A DNA stretch of 64,000 bases from Schizochytrium sp. TIO01 (GCA_004764695.1 SMSO01000033.1:2728001-2792000); one strand, 5' to 3'; shown: positions 29,620 to 43,000, counted from the stretch's first letter. The notes: a model not told the origin generated them from the sequence alone. Numbers and translations are program-made.

Positions 29620-30650
29620 GTCACTTTGTCTTTTAAGTCAAATGCTTGAAGGAGGAGTGTCGATAGATTGAAGAACCCCATATATTTGCAGCTTTCTGAA
29701 ATTATTCTTCTTCTAATGGCAGTAAGTAACAAGCCAAATATGACCCTTAATTTCCAACTTCTCGCTCTCTCTTGGCGAACCATTCTTTACGCGCATGCTT
29801 GCTTGTGTAGCCTCCTAATATCGCTTTGCGTAATCTATAAACACATATTCAAGATTATTGGTGCGTTGAGGACCCAAGTTGAGTTCAAGATCCTGTTTAC
29901 CAGGATGCTATTTTAAATAGTTGCTGTAGTTTTTGCTTGGGGAAAAAGTACAGAGACGCACGCAATGTCCTAGACCTTCAACGACAACTTTACACAAATA
30001 CACTAGTTCTTGCATGAAGATAACTTAGCTGGAACGTATTTTTAGTTTAAGCGCTCAAAAAGAAATGTGAATGATCAAAATTTACTATTTCTTTTGTACA
30101 AGCTTTATTCTACAAATCCTCAGGTGCTCCTACCGTCTGATAATTTCAAACACTCTCCTGTCTTGTCCCTCCAAAGTAGTATTGTTTTCTTGGATTAAAA
30201 CTTAACCTGTAGCTCCCATCATCTCTCTAGGCTTTCCCTTGATATTTCTTTACTTCCGGGGCCGAATGATCACAAACTACTCTTCTTCTTCGCTTACTAC
30301 TTCCCGGAGGGCAGCCTGCAACCATCGTCATCCCAGTGTACCCAGAAACACACCTATTTCATAGTCCTGTTCCAAGAACCAAGTTTTCCTTTGTTTTTCA
30401 AGCACATCTAGTGCCTATGTAATGAATAATGAACCTGAGATTTGCAGTGGCTAAGAAGCCACTGCCCAGACCGCTTACTACTTGAACTATGCTTACGCTA
30501 CTTCATCTTCTGCGTTGGCCCAACCTCTTAAAGCTCTGCTACAACTGTAAGCTCGAGTGTTCTACCACGATACTTCCTCGTGGCGCCTTTTGGTGTACTC
30601 AACTGCTTCAACTCAATGTGATGACAACCACAGATGATAAATGCAATACA
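29620..30650 (+). mobile_element. Highly decayed CRE-like relic
   Basis: NPIYLQLSEII (29674), FQL, QVEFKILF (29875), LQIL/GAP (~30120), YSLLLR, TAY, RGAFW (~30580). Confidence 0.4.
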
Positions 30651-31281
30651 GTAAGTGCCCTTGAATAACTGCTGTAAAATCCCCGCTTAGTGTCTGCCGC
30701 TGCTACTATTCTCAAGTGAAGAAATGAAATCGTCAGCAAGCCCTCCCTTAGTGGTGCTGACTTGTCTTGTAGCACTGAGTAGCAACATAGCAGTCAGCAA
30801 GCAGTCAGCAGTGTGACGACGATTGTGAGTGATGGTGCTGATGATAATGCTGATCATCAATGTATGGAAGAAACCAATCAACGTAGCACCTCACAACTAT
30901 CGTAGCCATGAATGCAAAGAGTGACAATCGAAAGGCCTACTAGGGACCTAGTATTGTTAACTAGGCCCTTGATGATGCTACTCGGAAGCACAATTCTATG
31001 TCCCCTCTTTTATGAGCTGCTTTCGCCTTATTGTCCCTAATAAAACATGGGCCGCCACGCCAGTCATTACAGTACTTAGGATACAAGACTATTTAATTTT
31101 CATTTTAACAATTTTCATTAAAACTTTGCATTGCAAAACATCGTAGGTACCTATGTATTGCACTCAATCAGTTGAGTAGGTAGGAACACTAGCTACACAT
31201 TGCACAGAGACTGGACAAACCCGAAACAGAAGCTTGCAACCAGCATCGACTTCTCGCTAGAACGCCAGACACAACCGCAAA

Positions 31282-32378
31282 ATGCTCGCCGCCGTCGCCT
31301 CCCGCTCTAGCAAGAGCCTCGTGCGCAACCTGCAGCCGCAGACACGCGCCATGTCCACCATGAAGCACGAGGAGGTGCTCAAGCTGTGGAAGTCCGCCAA
31401 GGCAGTCTGCTTTGACGTCGATAGCACTGTTGTCACCGAAGAGGGCATCGATGTGCTCGCTGACCACTGTGGTGCAGGTAAGTGAACTTGGCGTAAACTC
31501 AGACTCAGAACTCTGTGCCAAAAGATTGGTTCTTCGATTAACGGTATCGAGTGAGATCGCACGAATCTTCTGCACACGTCACGATGCTAGTGTATCAAAC
31601 TCAACATGAAGAAGTCTTCGCGCTCTGAAAATATAAGCCACGCTAAGATGATGTGTAAAGAAACCCATGCAGATCCTTCTGATATGCTTAACCAAACTAC
31701 TGATTCACAAAGATCCAGCTTTGCGAAACAGGAGTGAAGTCTCAAAGCAGAACTTGAAAACTAATATGCTAACTTCTGGGGTATAAAATATGTCCAATGT
31801 TACGCTTATAAAACACAGGTGAGGCTGTCGCTGCCTGGACTCGCAAGGCCATGGGTGGCTCTGTGCCCTTCCACGAGGCTCTCGAGGCTCGCCTGAACCT
31901 CTTCGGCCCTTCTACCCACGACATCAAGGCCTGTAACGAAAAGCACCCGCTTGTGCTTACCCCGGGTGTGGCTGAGCTTATCAAGACTCTTCATGAGCGC
32001 GACGTCCATGTTTACCTTGTTTCTGGTGGCTTTCGCCAGATGATCAACCCCCTGGCTGACATTCTTGGTATCTCTAAGGACCGCATCTACGCCAACAACC
32101 TCCTGTTCAAGGAGGACGGATCTTTTGCTGGTTTTGATTCTGAGGAGCCTACCTCTCGTGCTGGTGGCAAGGCAAAGGTTGTTAAGTTCCTTAAGGAGAA
32201 GCACGGCTACTCCCCTATCTTCATGATTGGTGACGGTGCCACTGACATGGAGGCCCGTCCCCCCGCTGATGCTTTCATTGGCTTTGGTGGTATTGCTGTG
32301 CGTGAGGTTGTCAAGGAGGGTGCTGACTGGTTCGTCACTGACATGGATGACCTCATCCAGCCCCTCAAGGAGGCATAA
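31282..32378 (+). CDS. PSPH: Phosphoserine phosphatase (HAD family), 2 exons: 31282-31477 and 31819-32378
   Basis: FDVDST motif I, EGID, LVSGGF, GGK, IGDGATD; GTAAGT...CAG intron 31478-31818 with GCTAAC branch site; splicing restores frame ([16 protein letters not shown]). Confidence 0.95.
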
Positions 32379-32629
32379 AAAACTACCTTTTAGTTTGATG
32401 TTTCATTTTATACTTTTTCTTTTCCTTCACAATTTGTTCTATCACTATTGACATTCGTCAGAAAAGTCCTTATGCTTAATTATCAAATGCACCTCATTTG
32501 TTCAAAGCAGACTGTTGCAGAATGAAAAATATGGATTAACTCTAATAATTTACAATTATTTTCTTATGTAAGTGGCCTTGGTCGACAATTCTCTGCTAAG
32601 AATGTCTTTACACCTCTTTCATGCAAAAA

Positions 32630-34663
32630 TTACCTATCTTTCTCCGAATTGTTACTAAATGAAGCTACTGCCCAGGCTTCATGGATAGTTCTGCTTTTCT
32701 TGCTTCGCCCTACGGTAAGGACGCTATCCTCATCACTTTCATCGCTTTCATCACTGCCTTCACTTTCACTTTCACTACTTTCTCCACTTTCGTCTTCAGA
32801 AGACCAAGATAGAGACGACGAAGAAGAGCAACTTGGGCTGAAGTGGCTGTGCAAAGTTGAGCTTGGTGAAAAAATTGATGATTGTTGGGCTGGCGAAAAT
32901 GCAGGTGCATCTTGTGCTGCTCGAAAGTCAGCAAAAGGCCTTCCTAGGAATGCGCGTGCCTCTAGATCGGCTAATTTCCGTGGATCATGGACCTCTTGTA
33001 AATAGTTCAATAACGCGTGATGTGCACCATACCCTTCGACTTGCATTTTATCATATGCGTCGGCGGACGCAGAACTTTGAGAGCTCTGGCTCCGCCGTGC
33101 CCAAGCGTTCTGCCTCATACTTCGTTTAAGCAAGGATAGATACTTCTTATCGTAGAGGTGGTCAAGAGCAGACATGAGTGCTTCGTGTCGCAAACTCTGT
33201 TGTTCTTCACATACCGTTTCTAATTGCTGACGTTTTGACTTGAGCTGGTCTAGCTTGCCAGATTGTCTCAAGAGATTAAGACTTGTACGAGGATTTGTAG
33301 GTCCTTCAATTCGTTGCTTCTGGTGAGCAGCAAATTCATAGTCTAATACATTTACTTCTGCACAACCAATGTCATCTCTACTTGCTCCATCTTCATCTTC
33401 ATATTCCCAGTAAACTTGTCCTGAGAGCTCTCGTGCACAGCGTTCCTCACGAGCTTGCTGAAGAAGTTGCTTGCGGAAGCTCTCCATATCCAAAGGGAAA
33501 TCATCGTTTGTATCCTCATTGGTATTCTCCTCTTCACTGGAATCGTCCATAAACACTTTCTCCTCCTCCACTGGAAGAGTATCATCAGACTCATCTGGCA
33601 AGATCTGTGAAGCAGCTTTGGCAATTTCTTCGCGTACACTGGGTAGCACGAAGACTCGTTCGCGCTGATTAAAGTATCTTTTTGCTGCTTTATTCACGAT
33701 CCATTCGAGATGAGCCGCTCTACACTCCAGACGCCACGTACGCACTGCCCACGTATGCCACCATTGCAGACAACCCACCGCCAGACGACCTATAGTGCTG
33801 AGCCTTACATAAGCCCTTCTCGCGTTTTGACTTGATTGAAGAACAGCATACCACTTCACAAAAACTCCCCTTACTTGTGATGACAAAAGTATTTCTTCGC
33901 GATGTGCCTGCACCACCGCATGCATACCTACAAATGTACGATGGAGAGCACGAGTATTATAAAGGTGAAGTGCAGACGAACATGCAATAGCTTCCTTGGA
34001 ATTTGCCATCTTCACGAGCCACTTTAAACGACGAAAACAGGTTCGTTGCAAAATACTCAGGAAGAGTAGTTTCCAGCGACGATGAAAATCATGCCATGCA
34101 GTCCACCTTAATAGAACCACGCGCTTCAGACGCGTAGAAATAAATGGTCTGGCTCGACCGTTAAGAGCATACGCCCACTGGCGTTGCGATGAAAGTCTTA
34201 CAGCTTTCCATTGTACCATTGATTTTCTTAGGCGGCGTTCAGCGAGCCGAACATTCATCTTGTCCTCAAATCTCCGGCAACGAAGATGCAGGCCACATAC
34301 GAAAGTGTGCCATTGTGCGAGGATCTTCTTAAGAATCTTAAGCTGGCCTTGGCGCACATTCCAACACCATGAAGCCCATGCTTCCCGCAATTCTGCATTT
34401 GTCCAGTGGAGCATACATCTTCTCAAAATGACGCGATGTTTTTTTCTTTCTGCCGCAGTTTTTTGCCAGACATCAAAGCTCCAGGCAAGCTTCGCAAGCC
34501 TCGTTGCCCGTGCTTCTATTCGTTCTTGGGCAGCTCTCCGTTGCAAAAGACCAGCTCCAAAGCTCGCGAACTCTAGCTGCCTTGCCAGTGAGCCTGTCAC
34601 CTCGGTTTTACGCCTCTCCCCAGGTCTTCTTGTGTTTGGCCGTGCAGAAAGCGACCAGACCAT
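32630..34663 (-). CDS. Uncharacterised protein with periodic Trp/basic helical repeats (Sfi1-like) and acidic/Ser-rich C-terminus
   Basis: ~677-aa ORF from first ATG 34663; repeats such as WSFDVWQ, EAWASWC, LAQWHTF, MVQWKA, LLRWTAW, FVKWYA, LQWWHTW; start uncertain. Confidence 0.65.
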   Translation of the reverse strand: MVWSLSARPNTRRPGERRKTEVTGSLARQLEFASFGAGLLQRRAAQERIEARATRLAKLAWSFDVWQKTAAERKKHRVILRRCMLHWTNAELREAWASWCWNVRQGQLKILKKILAQWHTFVCGLHLRCRRFEDKMNVRLAERRLRKSMVQWKAVRLSSQRQWAYALNGRARPFISTRLKRVVLLRWTAWHDFHRRWKLLFLSILQRTCFRRLKWLVKMANSKEAIACSSALHLYNTRALHRTFVGMHAVVQAHREEILLSSQVRGVFVKWYAVLQSSQNARRAYVRLSTIGRLAVGCLQWWHTWAVRTWRLECRAAHLEWIVNKAAKRYFNQRERVFVLPSVREEIAKAASQILPDESDDTLPVEEEKVFMDDSSEEENTNEDTNDDFPLDMESFRKQLLQQAREERCARELSGQVYWEYEDEDGASRDDIGCAEVNVLDYEFAAHQKQRIEGPTNPRTSLNLLRQSGKLDQLKSKRQQLETVCEEQQSLRHEALMSALDHLYDKKYLSLLKRSMRQNAWARRSQSSQSSASADAYDKMQVEGYGAHHALLNYLQEVHDPRKLADLEARAFLGRPFADFRAAQDAPAFSPAQQSSIFSPSSTLHSHFSPSCSSSSSLSWSSEDESGESSESESEGSDESDESDEDSVLTVGRSKKSRTIHEAWAVASFSNNSEKDR

Positions 34664-35049
34664 CACCACCCACTCGCAAATGCAGCCTGTGCTTCGAAAT
34701 GCTATTTACTTGCGCCAACCTCGGCCGTTGTTTCCATGAGATCCTCGATTCCGTCGGGTCCCAAGACTCCAAGTTTTCTACTTCGATTCATACGTTGATC
34801 AAAACTACCGAGACTCCTATTGTTATCAATTTATGTCATTCAATCATCAGCTATTCCCAACTAGACCTTTGCTAAGTTAGGCTCCTAATTCCCCGTCCCT
34901 AACTCATACATACCGTAAACTTTAGTAATACCATGCTACTAAGTGTTCTTAAATCTCCTGCATTAGGAATATATCGTACATGTTGCACTCTATATCGTAC
35001 TATGCCTTTTTTTAAATAGCTGATAATAAGCAGTGCAGCTACGCAAAAC

Positions 35050-35440
35050 TGCTATAGACCACTAGACGGCATCAGCTTAAGAGGGTTACATACTACTACT
35101 AGCTTTACCCGTATATGTAAAACACCTCATTGCTAAACGGCTAACTTTGCTACTAACAGACCCAGTGTATTTGTACATGATTAATAACTGAATATTTCCG
35201 TAGTCTTATACAAATCACGCCCCTTTGCCAAAGCTTGATCGTAGTGCATACTGTACAAGACACTTCTCTGTAGTCATATTGAAAGCTTTTAATGTTGCTT
35301 TTTCTTTTAATATTTACACACTCCCCTACAGGACCTGTTGTATGTATCTGACTCTTTCAATGCTCTTAGTATTGTCAATTCAGGTCGTAATGTCTCCAGG
35401 TCTTGTGCGATATATTTTATTGGCTCCTGCGACTGCAGAA
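35050..35440 (+). mobile_element. Short CRE-like relic (RT domain 7 to AF..S motif)
   Basis: DGISLRG (35065), RLTLLLTDPVYLYMINN*IFP, AIYFIGS (~35410). Confidence 0.4.
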
Positions 35441-35840
35441 GAGGGGAGACGAGCCACTCGTGCTGTGTGTTGCTCCTACAGTTTCCGCTATGTGTCCTTG
35501 CTACAGTATCCCTGTCTCTTGTTCTGCTGTGTTGTCATAGTATCTGCAAATGCATGGATTGATTGCTTGCTTTCTACTCTCTCTCTGCAATCTTGGCATG
35601 GCTTCTAGTGGCTTTGTACGTAGCTCCTACGCTGCTCTTCCATCGCCTTTGCTCGTTGATCGATCGATCGATGCTTGCATGCATGCCTCATCGATTGACT
35701 TGCAATGAATGAATGAATGTATGAATTAGTTAGTTCACTTTAGTTCTAAGAAATCATGAAATCATTTCTCTTCTTCTCTCTCTCTCTCTCTGCTTAATGG
35801 CTATTACTCAATTCTTGGATAGTATACTGCACTTGCGGCC

Positions 35841-35903
35841 CCCATTCTCTACTTTGGGGCGCCCATTGTCTACTGTGCAGAGCCTATTCTCTACTGTGCA
35901 GAG
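35841..35903. repeat. 21-bp tandem repeat x3 upstream of QCR6
   Basis: cccattctctactttggggcg / cccattgtctactgtgcagag / cctattctctactgtgcagag. Confidence 0.8.
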
Positions 35904-36008
35904 CCTCGAGTACTATGCGCTATTTTCCCTCTGCTTCTCCGTGTTTCGTGGCAGGAGCATCGGCAGCAGAGCAGCGGCAGTCATCCTTGCAGCGAGCGCG
36001 AGCACGAG

Positions 36009-36815
36009 GTAGGTCGGCGGCGGGGACGGAGACGGCGCGCGGGCGCGGCGCGGAGGTCCCAGGGCACCGTGGGGGAGGGATCGCGCGGAGGCGAAGGCGG
36101 CGGGAGCGGCAGTGCCGCCGGAAGGCAGGCATGGAGGCCGCCATCGCCGCAGCTCGCTCGCCCTCCTATGTGTATATGGACAAACAAGGACGTATATAGG
36201 TTGACTTCCATTCTGCTGGGCGGTGCAATGGACTCCAATGAACAGCAGAGGAAGCATGCGTAGCGACGGAGAGCTGCCGTTAGGCCTGCGCCAGCAGGGT
36301 TGCTACGTGTGTGGAGGTCGTCTTATTGTTTTCTGTTTTTCGCATTACATTATATTGTCTTATTATGATGATGCTATGGTTAATAGATGTTTGTATGTAG
36401 AGGTTGAGGACGGAAAAACTGACGCGAGGACGATGTGCTTTTGACTTACTTTATGTTCGGGTTTGTTTCTCTTGTCGTGCCTCACTGGATGGTATGCTTC
36501 TTTTCCGTTTAATTGGATGTGGCATGTATGCTTTCTTTGAAATATCTTGATACGCTGTATATATATATATATATATGTACGCATATGCTGTGGCGATACT
36601 ATATCTGCCCGCTTGGTAAAATTGTGGGACTATCCTCAACCATGATGTTGACTGTGCGTGTGTGGTACACACGGATGTACAAATAAACTTATTCGACATC
36701 TCTATGGTTATATCATTTACTTATTTTCTGATACATTTCCGGGAACGCATGCTAATGCCGTTTGGTATCTGTTCGCAATGACACGACATCAACCGCACGG
36801 GTCAAACACGTTTAG
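36009..36815 (+). other. Probable 5'-UTR intron of the QCR6 gene
   Basis: GAG|GTAGGT donor at 36009; GCTAAT branch-like site at 36751 followed by an AG-free tract to TTTAG at 36815, 40 nt before the ATG. Confidence 0.5.
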
Positions 36816-36855
36816 AACTACTTAGGTCTTAATCCTAGCCCAAACACCAGCCAAA

Positions 36856-37056
36856 ATGTCGGACGAGCCTGTAGACCCCCGCCCGGAGATTGAGGAGAAG
36901 TGCAAGCCGGGCTGCGCCAAGTACTGGAAGGAGTACGAGGCCTGCGCCGAGCGCGTGCAGCAGAAGGGCGAGGGCCACTGCAGCGGTCAGTACTTTGACT
37001 TTTACCACTGCATCGACCACTGCGCCGCCCCCAAGATCTTCAAGACCATCAAGTAA
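36856..37056 (+). CDS. QCR6: Cytochrome b-c1 complex subunit 6 (hinge protein)
   Basis: 66 aa: VDPRPEIEEKC...C...YEAC.ERV...GHCSGQYFDFYHCIDHCAAPKIF; strong codon bias. Confidence 0.95.
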   Translation: MSDEPVDPRPEIEEKCKPGCAKYWKEYEACAERVQQKGEGHCSGQYFDFYHCIDHCAAPKIFKTIK

Positions 37057-37079
37057 GTACGATTTGACTGAGTAAAAAA

Positions 37080-40000
37080 TTACAGTGATACTGTGCCTCC
37101 TGTCAGCGCTATGTCGCTATCAATTTCCTTGACTGCCTCGTGGAGGCGTGTTTCCCACTCATGGACACCTCGTTGCAGGTACGTCACGTGTGGGAATAAA
37201 CTTGAAATGAGCTCTTCTAGAAGTGTTGGATAACTTGCGAGGGTATGAGTTGAGTCTGAGCAAAAGCGAGAGGACCATCTTGCTACTGATGAGCCCGCGA
37301 ACGTTTGTGTGAGTGCTTGTAGTGCTTGTTGGGCCTTGCGTGATTCGGCATTCAATACCCCGTCTCTCTCGCGCAGCCGGAGCGTTCCTGAGCGCCGGTG
37401 TGAATTCAGATAGATGAGGACTTGCAAAGACCGAACAAAGATTCGCAATTCCTCTTCCTTGACCAAAGAATCGCAGGGTTGGTATGACTGTGGATTCAAG
37501 CGGACCGGACTGAACTGCGCTGAGGATGGCGAACTACCGGAGAAATTTGCAGCACTATCATGAGCATGCTCTGTTGCTGTATCCCTTCCAGCTCTGCTCT
37601 CACCTCCACTTCCAACACTGCTACTTCTTCCTCCTTCCTCACTTGTCCCTACTAAACCTTGAGAGTTGCTGCTCATCGTTGTCGTTCCTGCTGTTGCTGC
37701 TACTGATGTTGTCTCTGCTCCTCCAATTATTGTTTGAGGCGAGGAAGATCCGTACCCTCCAAAAGGTAGGCTTGGAAGGCTCCTAAAGACAGCAGAAGCT
37801 AAAGCAGAAATCATGTTTCCCTTGTCAAGCACTAAACTCTGTAAAGCCGTCATGCTTACGTGCAGCTGCTGTACTTTAAAAGCAGCATCGTTTACAACAG
37901 CGTCATCGGGAAAATCCCGCACGACCAAATCTAGTAAAAGCCACATCAGAGGTAGGATTTTGACAGGGCTTGGATGCAGGAATGAACCTGGTGAAGTTGT
38001 TTCCGTGTGCACAGCCTGGGTCATTGCGTGAGCTAGCCTTGCCATGACCTCCGCGCCACTACTCAAGCCAGAACTCAATGCATACATCTCAAATGCATAC
38101 CATGAAAGCCATGCACCCCTACGAATCGCACATGCTTCGTATCGAAGAATAATGTCTTCACTACAAAGAACTCGTTGGTAACCCTTTCGTGTTCCCAGTG
38201 AAGCGAGAACTGGAGCCAAGTCATTAGACTCAGTAAACCAGCTGTCCAATGCTGCCTCCATCAGCTCAACGAACCGAGCTGATGAGGTGACAGCTTTGAG
38301 TGCGGCAGAAATGTACAATGGAGCACATGGAGGATTGTGCCTTATCATGGTATGTAAAAGTGTGCCAACGCCCACACCTGTTACCGAAAAATGTCCCTCT
38401 TTCTGTAGACTCGTGATATCCAATGATGCACAGTCCTTATTCGTAAAACCTGTCACTTGACCCCAGTTTGCTGGTTGACTTCCCGTGGAGGATACACCAC
38501 GTCGAGAGAGTCGCCGCATGACTAATCCAGCGGCCTTAAAACTACCTTCTGGTGAGCCTGTGGTTGGTTCGAGGGGTACAACTGAGGCAACACGATCAAA
38601 AGGCCGCTCAAGGCGTGCCGCGGCAATCATGCATGGCAAGACAGATCGCCACATGATTTTCCAGTGCGCCCACTGTAGGTATGCGAGTCCTCGCGTTGGC
38701 CCGTCTGTAGATGGCACCGCGACTCGCGATGATGATGATGGTTCTTCGTTGGATATAGCTCTCGAACTTGCCTGAGCGGACGGTGACCCAGCTATACTTT
38801 GGCCAGATCCATTGCGGCTGGTCTGTAAGTTATTGAGATGCTCTAAAGTTTCGCCACCTTCATGAAATTGCAGTGCAGGGGGGAGATTTTCGGAAATGGA
38901 GCGTAGCACATTTTCCACTTTCCCAAAAACTGCATTTGCAACACCGACGTCTCCTCCTTGAAGCTGAGAACGACTCGCATCAAGGCGAACACACACGACA
39001 CCTGGAACGTTAAGCAAACTTAGAAGTCCCACAAGTGTTGCCTGCATTTCTGCGAGAACTCGTTCACTAGCGGCCCCGGCCGCTATTTCTCGAACACCTT
39101 TTACATGAGAACCTACTTGTGCCCAGGGTGCGTTTCGATCATTCACCAACCGATGTAGGCGCTGCATGCTCTCGAAAAAAAGCATCACGAGAGCTCCAGA
39201 GGAAAAGGGGAGCTTGGCGGACTCTGAGCCTAATTTCCGAAGACAGGCACCGGTGTCACTACTATCCGATGATGAGCTTGATGAAGACAATCCCTCCCCA
39301 ACCCCAACATCTGAACTTTCTCCATTTGTATTTGTCCTTCCGGAGCCACTCTGACAGGTCAGCTGAAGTTGGTTCTCAAGCAAGCCCAAAAGACACCGTT
39401 CACGTTGCAACGCGTTAAAAAAATCGACCTCTCCATTTGTGTTGAGACGTCGCATATCAAATGCACCCAACATAGTCGCAGCCCCAAGCAGACGAATTGC
39501 AGCAACAGATTTTTTCTCTACAGAGTCTAATCCAATTCCTTGCGACTTTGCTTCAGTTGCTTCACGCGCCTTTGTTGACTTAGGCATATCGTTTAACATT
39601 ACTTCAAAATGCAATACTGTGTCACGATAATGGATTGGCGATACATATGTCCACGGTAAGCTATGTGCAATCTCAAAAAAGAATTGGGTAAAGTCCTTCG
39701 GTACTGGCATTTTCTCCTTCATCAGAATCGTTAAGAGTAACCGGAGGACCTGAGCGTAGAAGTCGCTATTGCTCGCCTGGCTATCGGCATCGTGTCTCAA
39801 TATCATTTCTCCGAGATGAGCTTCTCCAGTTAATGTGGCCGAGGAACGCCTCTGGTGAGTTTCTGTCAGAGTCCAGTTCAAATGTTCCAGAAGGTGTCGT
39901 ACCATATGAAATGTTGCATCAGTGGCTTCATAAGTTTCAACTAGCCGAACAAACTCTGCAAGAATTGAATCACAGAGACTCCATGTCTCCCAGGGAAGTT

Positions 40001-43000
40001 TTAAAAGAGCTCCTGCAATGGTCTTTGACACATACTTTTGTGCTGAAGGGGCGAGATCATCAATATAAAGCCACCATACCTGGTCCAGAACCCAAAATGG
40101 CTCTATTTGTTGTGCTGCAGACACGAGATCCCTGACGCAGGCAACAAAGCTTTTTAAAATTATCCCCGCTTGAGGCTCTAGAGCAACACTCCATGGGGCT
40201 TCGTACCTGCGATCTGATGGACCTGCCTCCTCTTGATTATGCTCTACACTAGATCTCGATGCTGAAGAACCTGAATTTGATGATGAACCTGAAGAAATAC
40301 CAACTCGATGCTGAGTTTTACGCGTTTGGCGTCCAAGAGTTGGAACCTCAACTGGTTCACTATCAAGATAACGCGTCGTAAAACCAGGGTTCATAGGCGA
40401 AAGTGCTTGCTCAGGGTGCTTCTGGAGGTATTCAGATAGCAACCAAGGCCTGAACAGAGTAGCCAGCGAGCCCCATGTACGCACGAGAACTTCTTTGGGC
40501 CAGATAGACTCATCGTATGCACTATTTTGCAGATGTGCACACATCAAAAGCACAAGCTTATGCGTGAGACGAGATATGTGTTCTACCAACTCGAGTTGTG
40601 TCCACTGTTGAACTAATGATCCTGGATTTGTACAAACTGTTAAAGCATTCCCACTGCCGTGCATTCTTAACTGGAAAAAATGGCTTCCAATTACCTCACA
40701 TGCCGTATAGAGGGTCTCCAACGAGAGATTAGAGTTCCAAATTCCAGAGCCAAGCTGTACTAGTACAGCATCCCAAACTTTATTACTTAGTGGAAGATTC
40801 ATTTGCTCCCCACCGCTCGATGGTACATAAATACGTAGATTTTCGGCTCCAGCACGTGAAATTTGCTTTCCGTTTTTAATTGTGCCGCTTGAACCTGTCA
40901 TAGACGAGCTCAAACTAGACTGTTTTCGTTCATCACGATCATCATCGTTTGCAAAGTGCTGCAACTCATCGATATCATCTATTTCTAAAGACTTTGCACC
41001 AATGAGAAGCTGTACCACGTCGATAAAGTGGTCCTCGGGGTCTGCAGCACAGATCTCAAGTAAAAGATCAAGATGAAATTCAAAAATCCTTGCTTCGGCC
41101 GCAACATCTTCGGGCGAGACATATGCTGGTAAGCCATCTCCTTGTAAATCTTGGGATTTCCAACTCTTCTGACGAAGAACGCTTCCAACCATGCAAAGAA
41201 GCTTCACACGCAATTTGCGGCTTGGTTTTAGTGCCAACCAGTCTGAAAACTCAAAATGCTCTAGAACCAAAATCATGTCTCGAGCTGGGATGCGAGGCGC
41301 GGCAGTCCACGCCATTGTATAAAAATCCAGGAGATATTCAACGCGATTTGAAGGTCTGAAAAGAGGACTTAAAAGGTGAATTCGATGTGTATCGTCTAGC
41401 ATCTTGGACAAAATAAGCAAGGTGTCATCCTCGTGATCTCGGGCAAATGCATGGCCCATTTTACTAATCGCGGTCCAAAGAAGTCGTTGCGCGGGCGGGA
41501 AAGAGCGTGTGCCTGGAGTTTCTACATCCAGGAGATCTCGAAACCAAATTAGACCCCGGCGATGCGCCTCCACACTTAATGTTGCGTCTTCCACCAGATT
41601 GGCATGATTACATAACATTTTTACAAGAGCAAAGATGGTAGCCACAAGCCCACAAATATGTTGTTCACGCTCCGAGGCTCCAGCCAGAGCTGTTGCTGAT
41701 GACAACGAATCTGCACTGCTAGTAGATAGCATACGTTCTCGTCCATGGCGTCCCCGGGTTACAAGAGGAGCAGGAGTCCATCCGAAAGACAAGGCCAGCC
41801 AACTTTCCCAGGCCTCCCCGAGCCTGTGGTCAACATCCTGGTCTACAATTGACTCTTCGAATGGAATGTCGAAACGATATGGCTCTTTATCTTTGGTGCT
41901 TGGGCCTTGCTGATAAACGGTTTCCACTCTTGATTGTTGCACATACAAATGGGGAAGTAAATCTTGCACTTCCTTGGCAAGTTCGCGAGCATGAGCAGTT
42001 TGTTCTGCGTACTGGCGCGCATAAAGCTGAAGTTCCTGCAAGAATGATGCGAGATCTGCCTTTCTATAATCGAGATGCTGTGGAAGCACTGGTTCACGGA
42101 AGAGGTAAATCGGGGCAGGGCGGTAATTTCCGAGGGTTTCCGACGCTGAACCGCCTCCAAAAAGGGTACTGCCAGCAGCAGTAGATGAGGTGGCATTGCT
42201 ATTGTGCAACATGTTTGCTCCAGCACGACCAGCGCTACCATGATGGCTTGCCGAGTTGATGGATGAAGCGTGGCGCCTTGCAGCACGACTCGGTGACCAC
42301 GAGCCAATCGAGACTAACATATCTTCACGAAATGGGGCAAGATCGATAATATCAAACCACATCAATGATCTCGCGCTCACGCCTAAATGGGATGAGGGTG
42401 ACTCTCTTATCTGTGATAAGCTAGAAGAAGAAACAGCAGCTGTGGCAGGGCGTAGAGATTCATGTAAGCGCTGTAACAATGGTGACTCCAGAATCGATTG
42501 TAAATGTGATACACAAAATTCGGCTCCAAGACGGGAGACCTGTACCGATTTACCTGGCTGGCCAAGCCAGCTGTGAGGATCTGGGTCTCTTAACCACAAT
42601 GCAAACGCCCCAAAAATTGAAGACATATAGTTGAGTTGTTCTATACCAGGGTTGTGCGAATTGAGACAACTGTCGCCTGTCACGGAGTGATCTCCAACGC
42701 TGGACATTGAGCTAGAGCGACGTCGTGCAACTGAGAACCGACGACGGGATGCTTTCCGGAAGGGTGAGGAACCAAGACCCCCAGCAGATGAAGAAGACGA
42801 GATCGATGTTGTTTTCATCGCAACAGAAGGATGTTGTCGCCGTGCAAGGTCTTTGAAGTGAAGCTGGAGCTCTCGAGCCCTTGTTAGTAATGCCTCGCGA
42901 ACATTGGCACGCCGTGTTTGCTTTCCCGCTCGAGTAAGGAAGCGAATGCCAAAGATTCGCTCATTAGAACCTTTGGAAAAGATTAATTTCAAAGTGATTT

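Noticed and set aside
31645-31705. Possible C/D snoRNA in the PSPH intron (ATGATGT...CTGA...CTGA; TGATATGCTTAA complementary to LSU rRNA 5' region)
   Set aside because: Imperfect C box, short length, and the antisense tract is not positioned directly upstream of a D box
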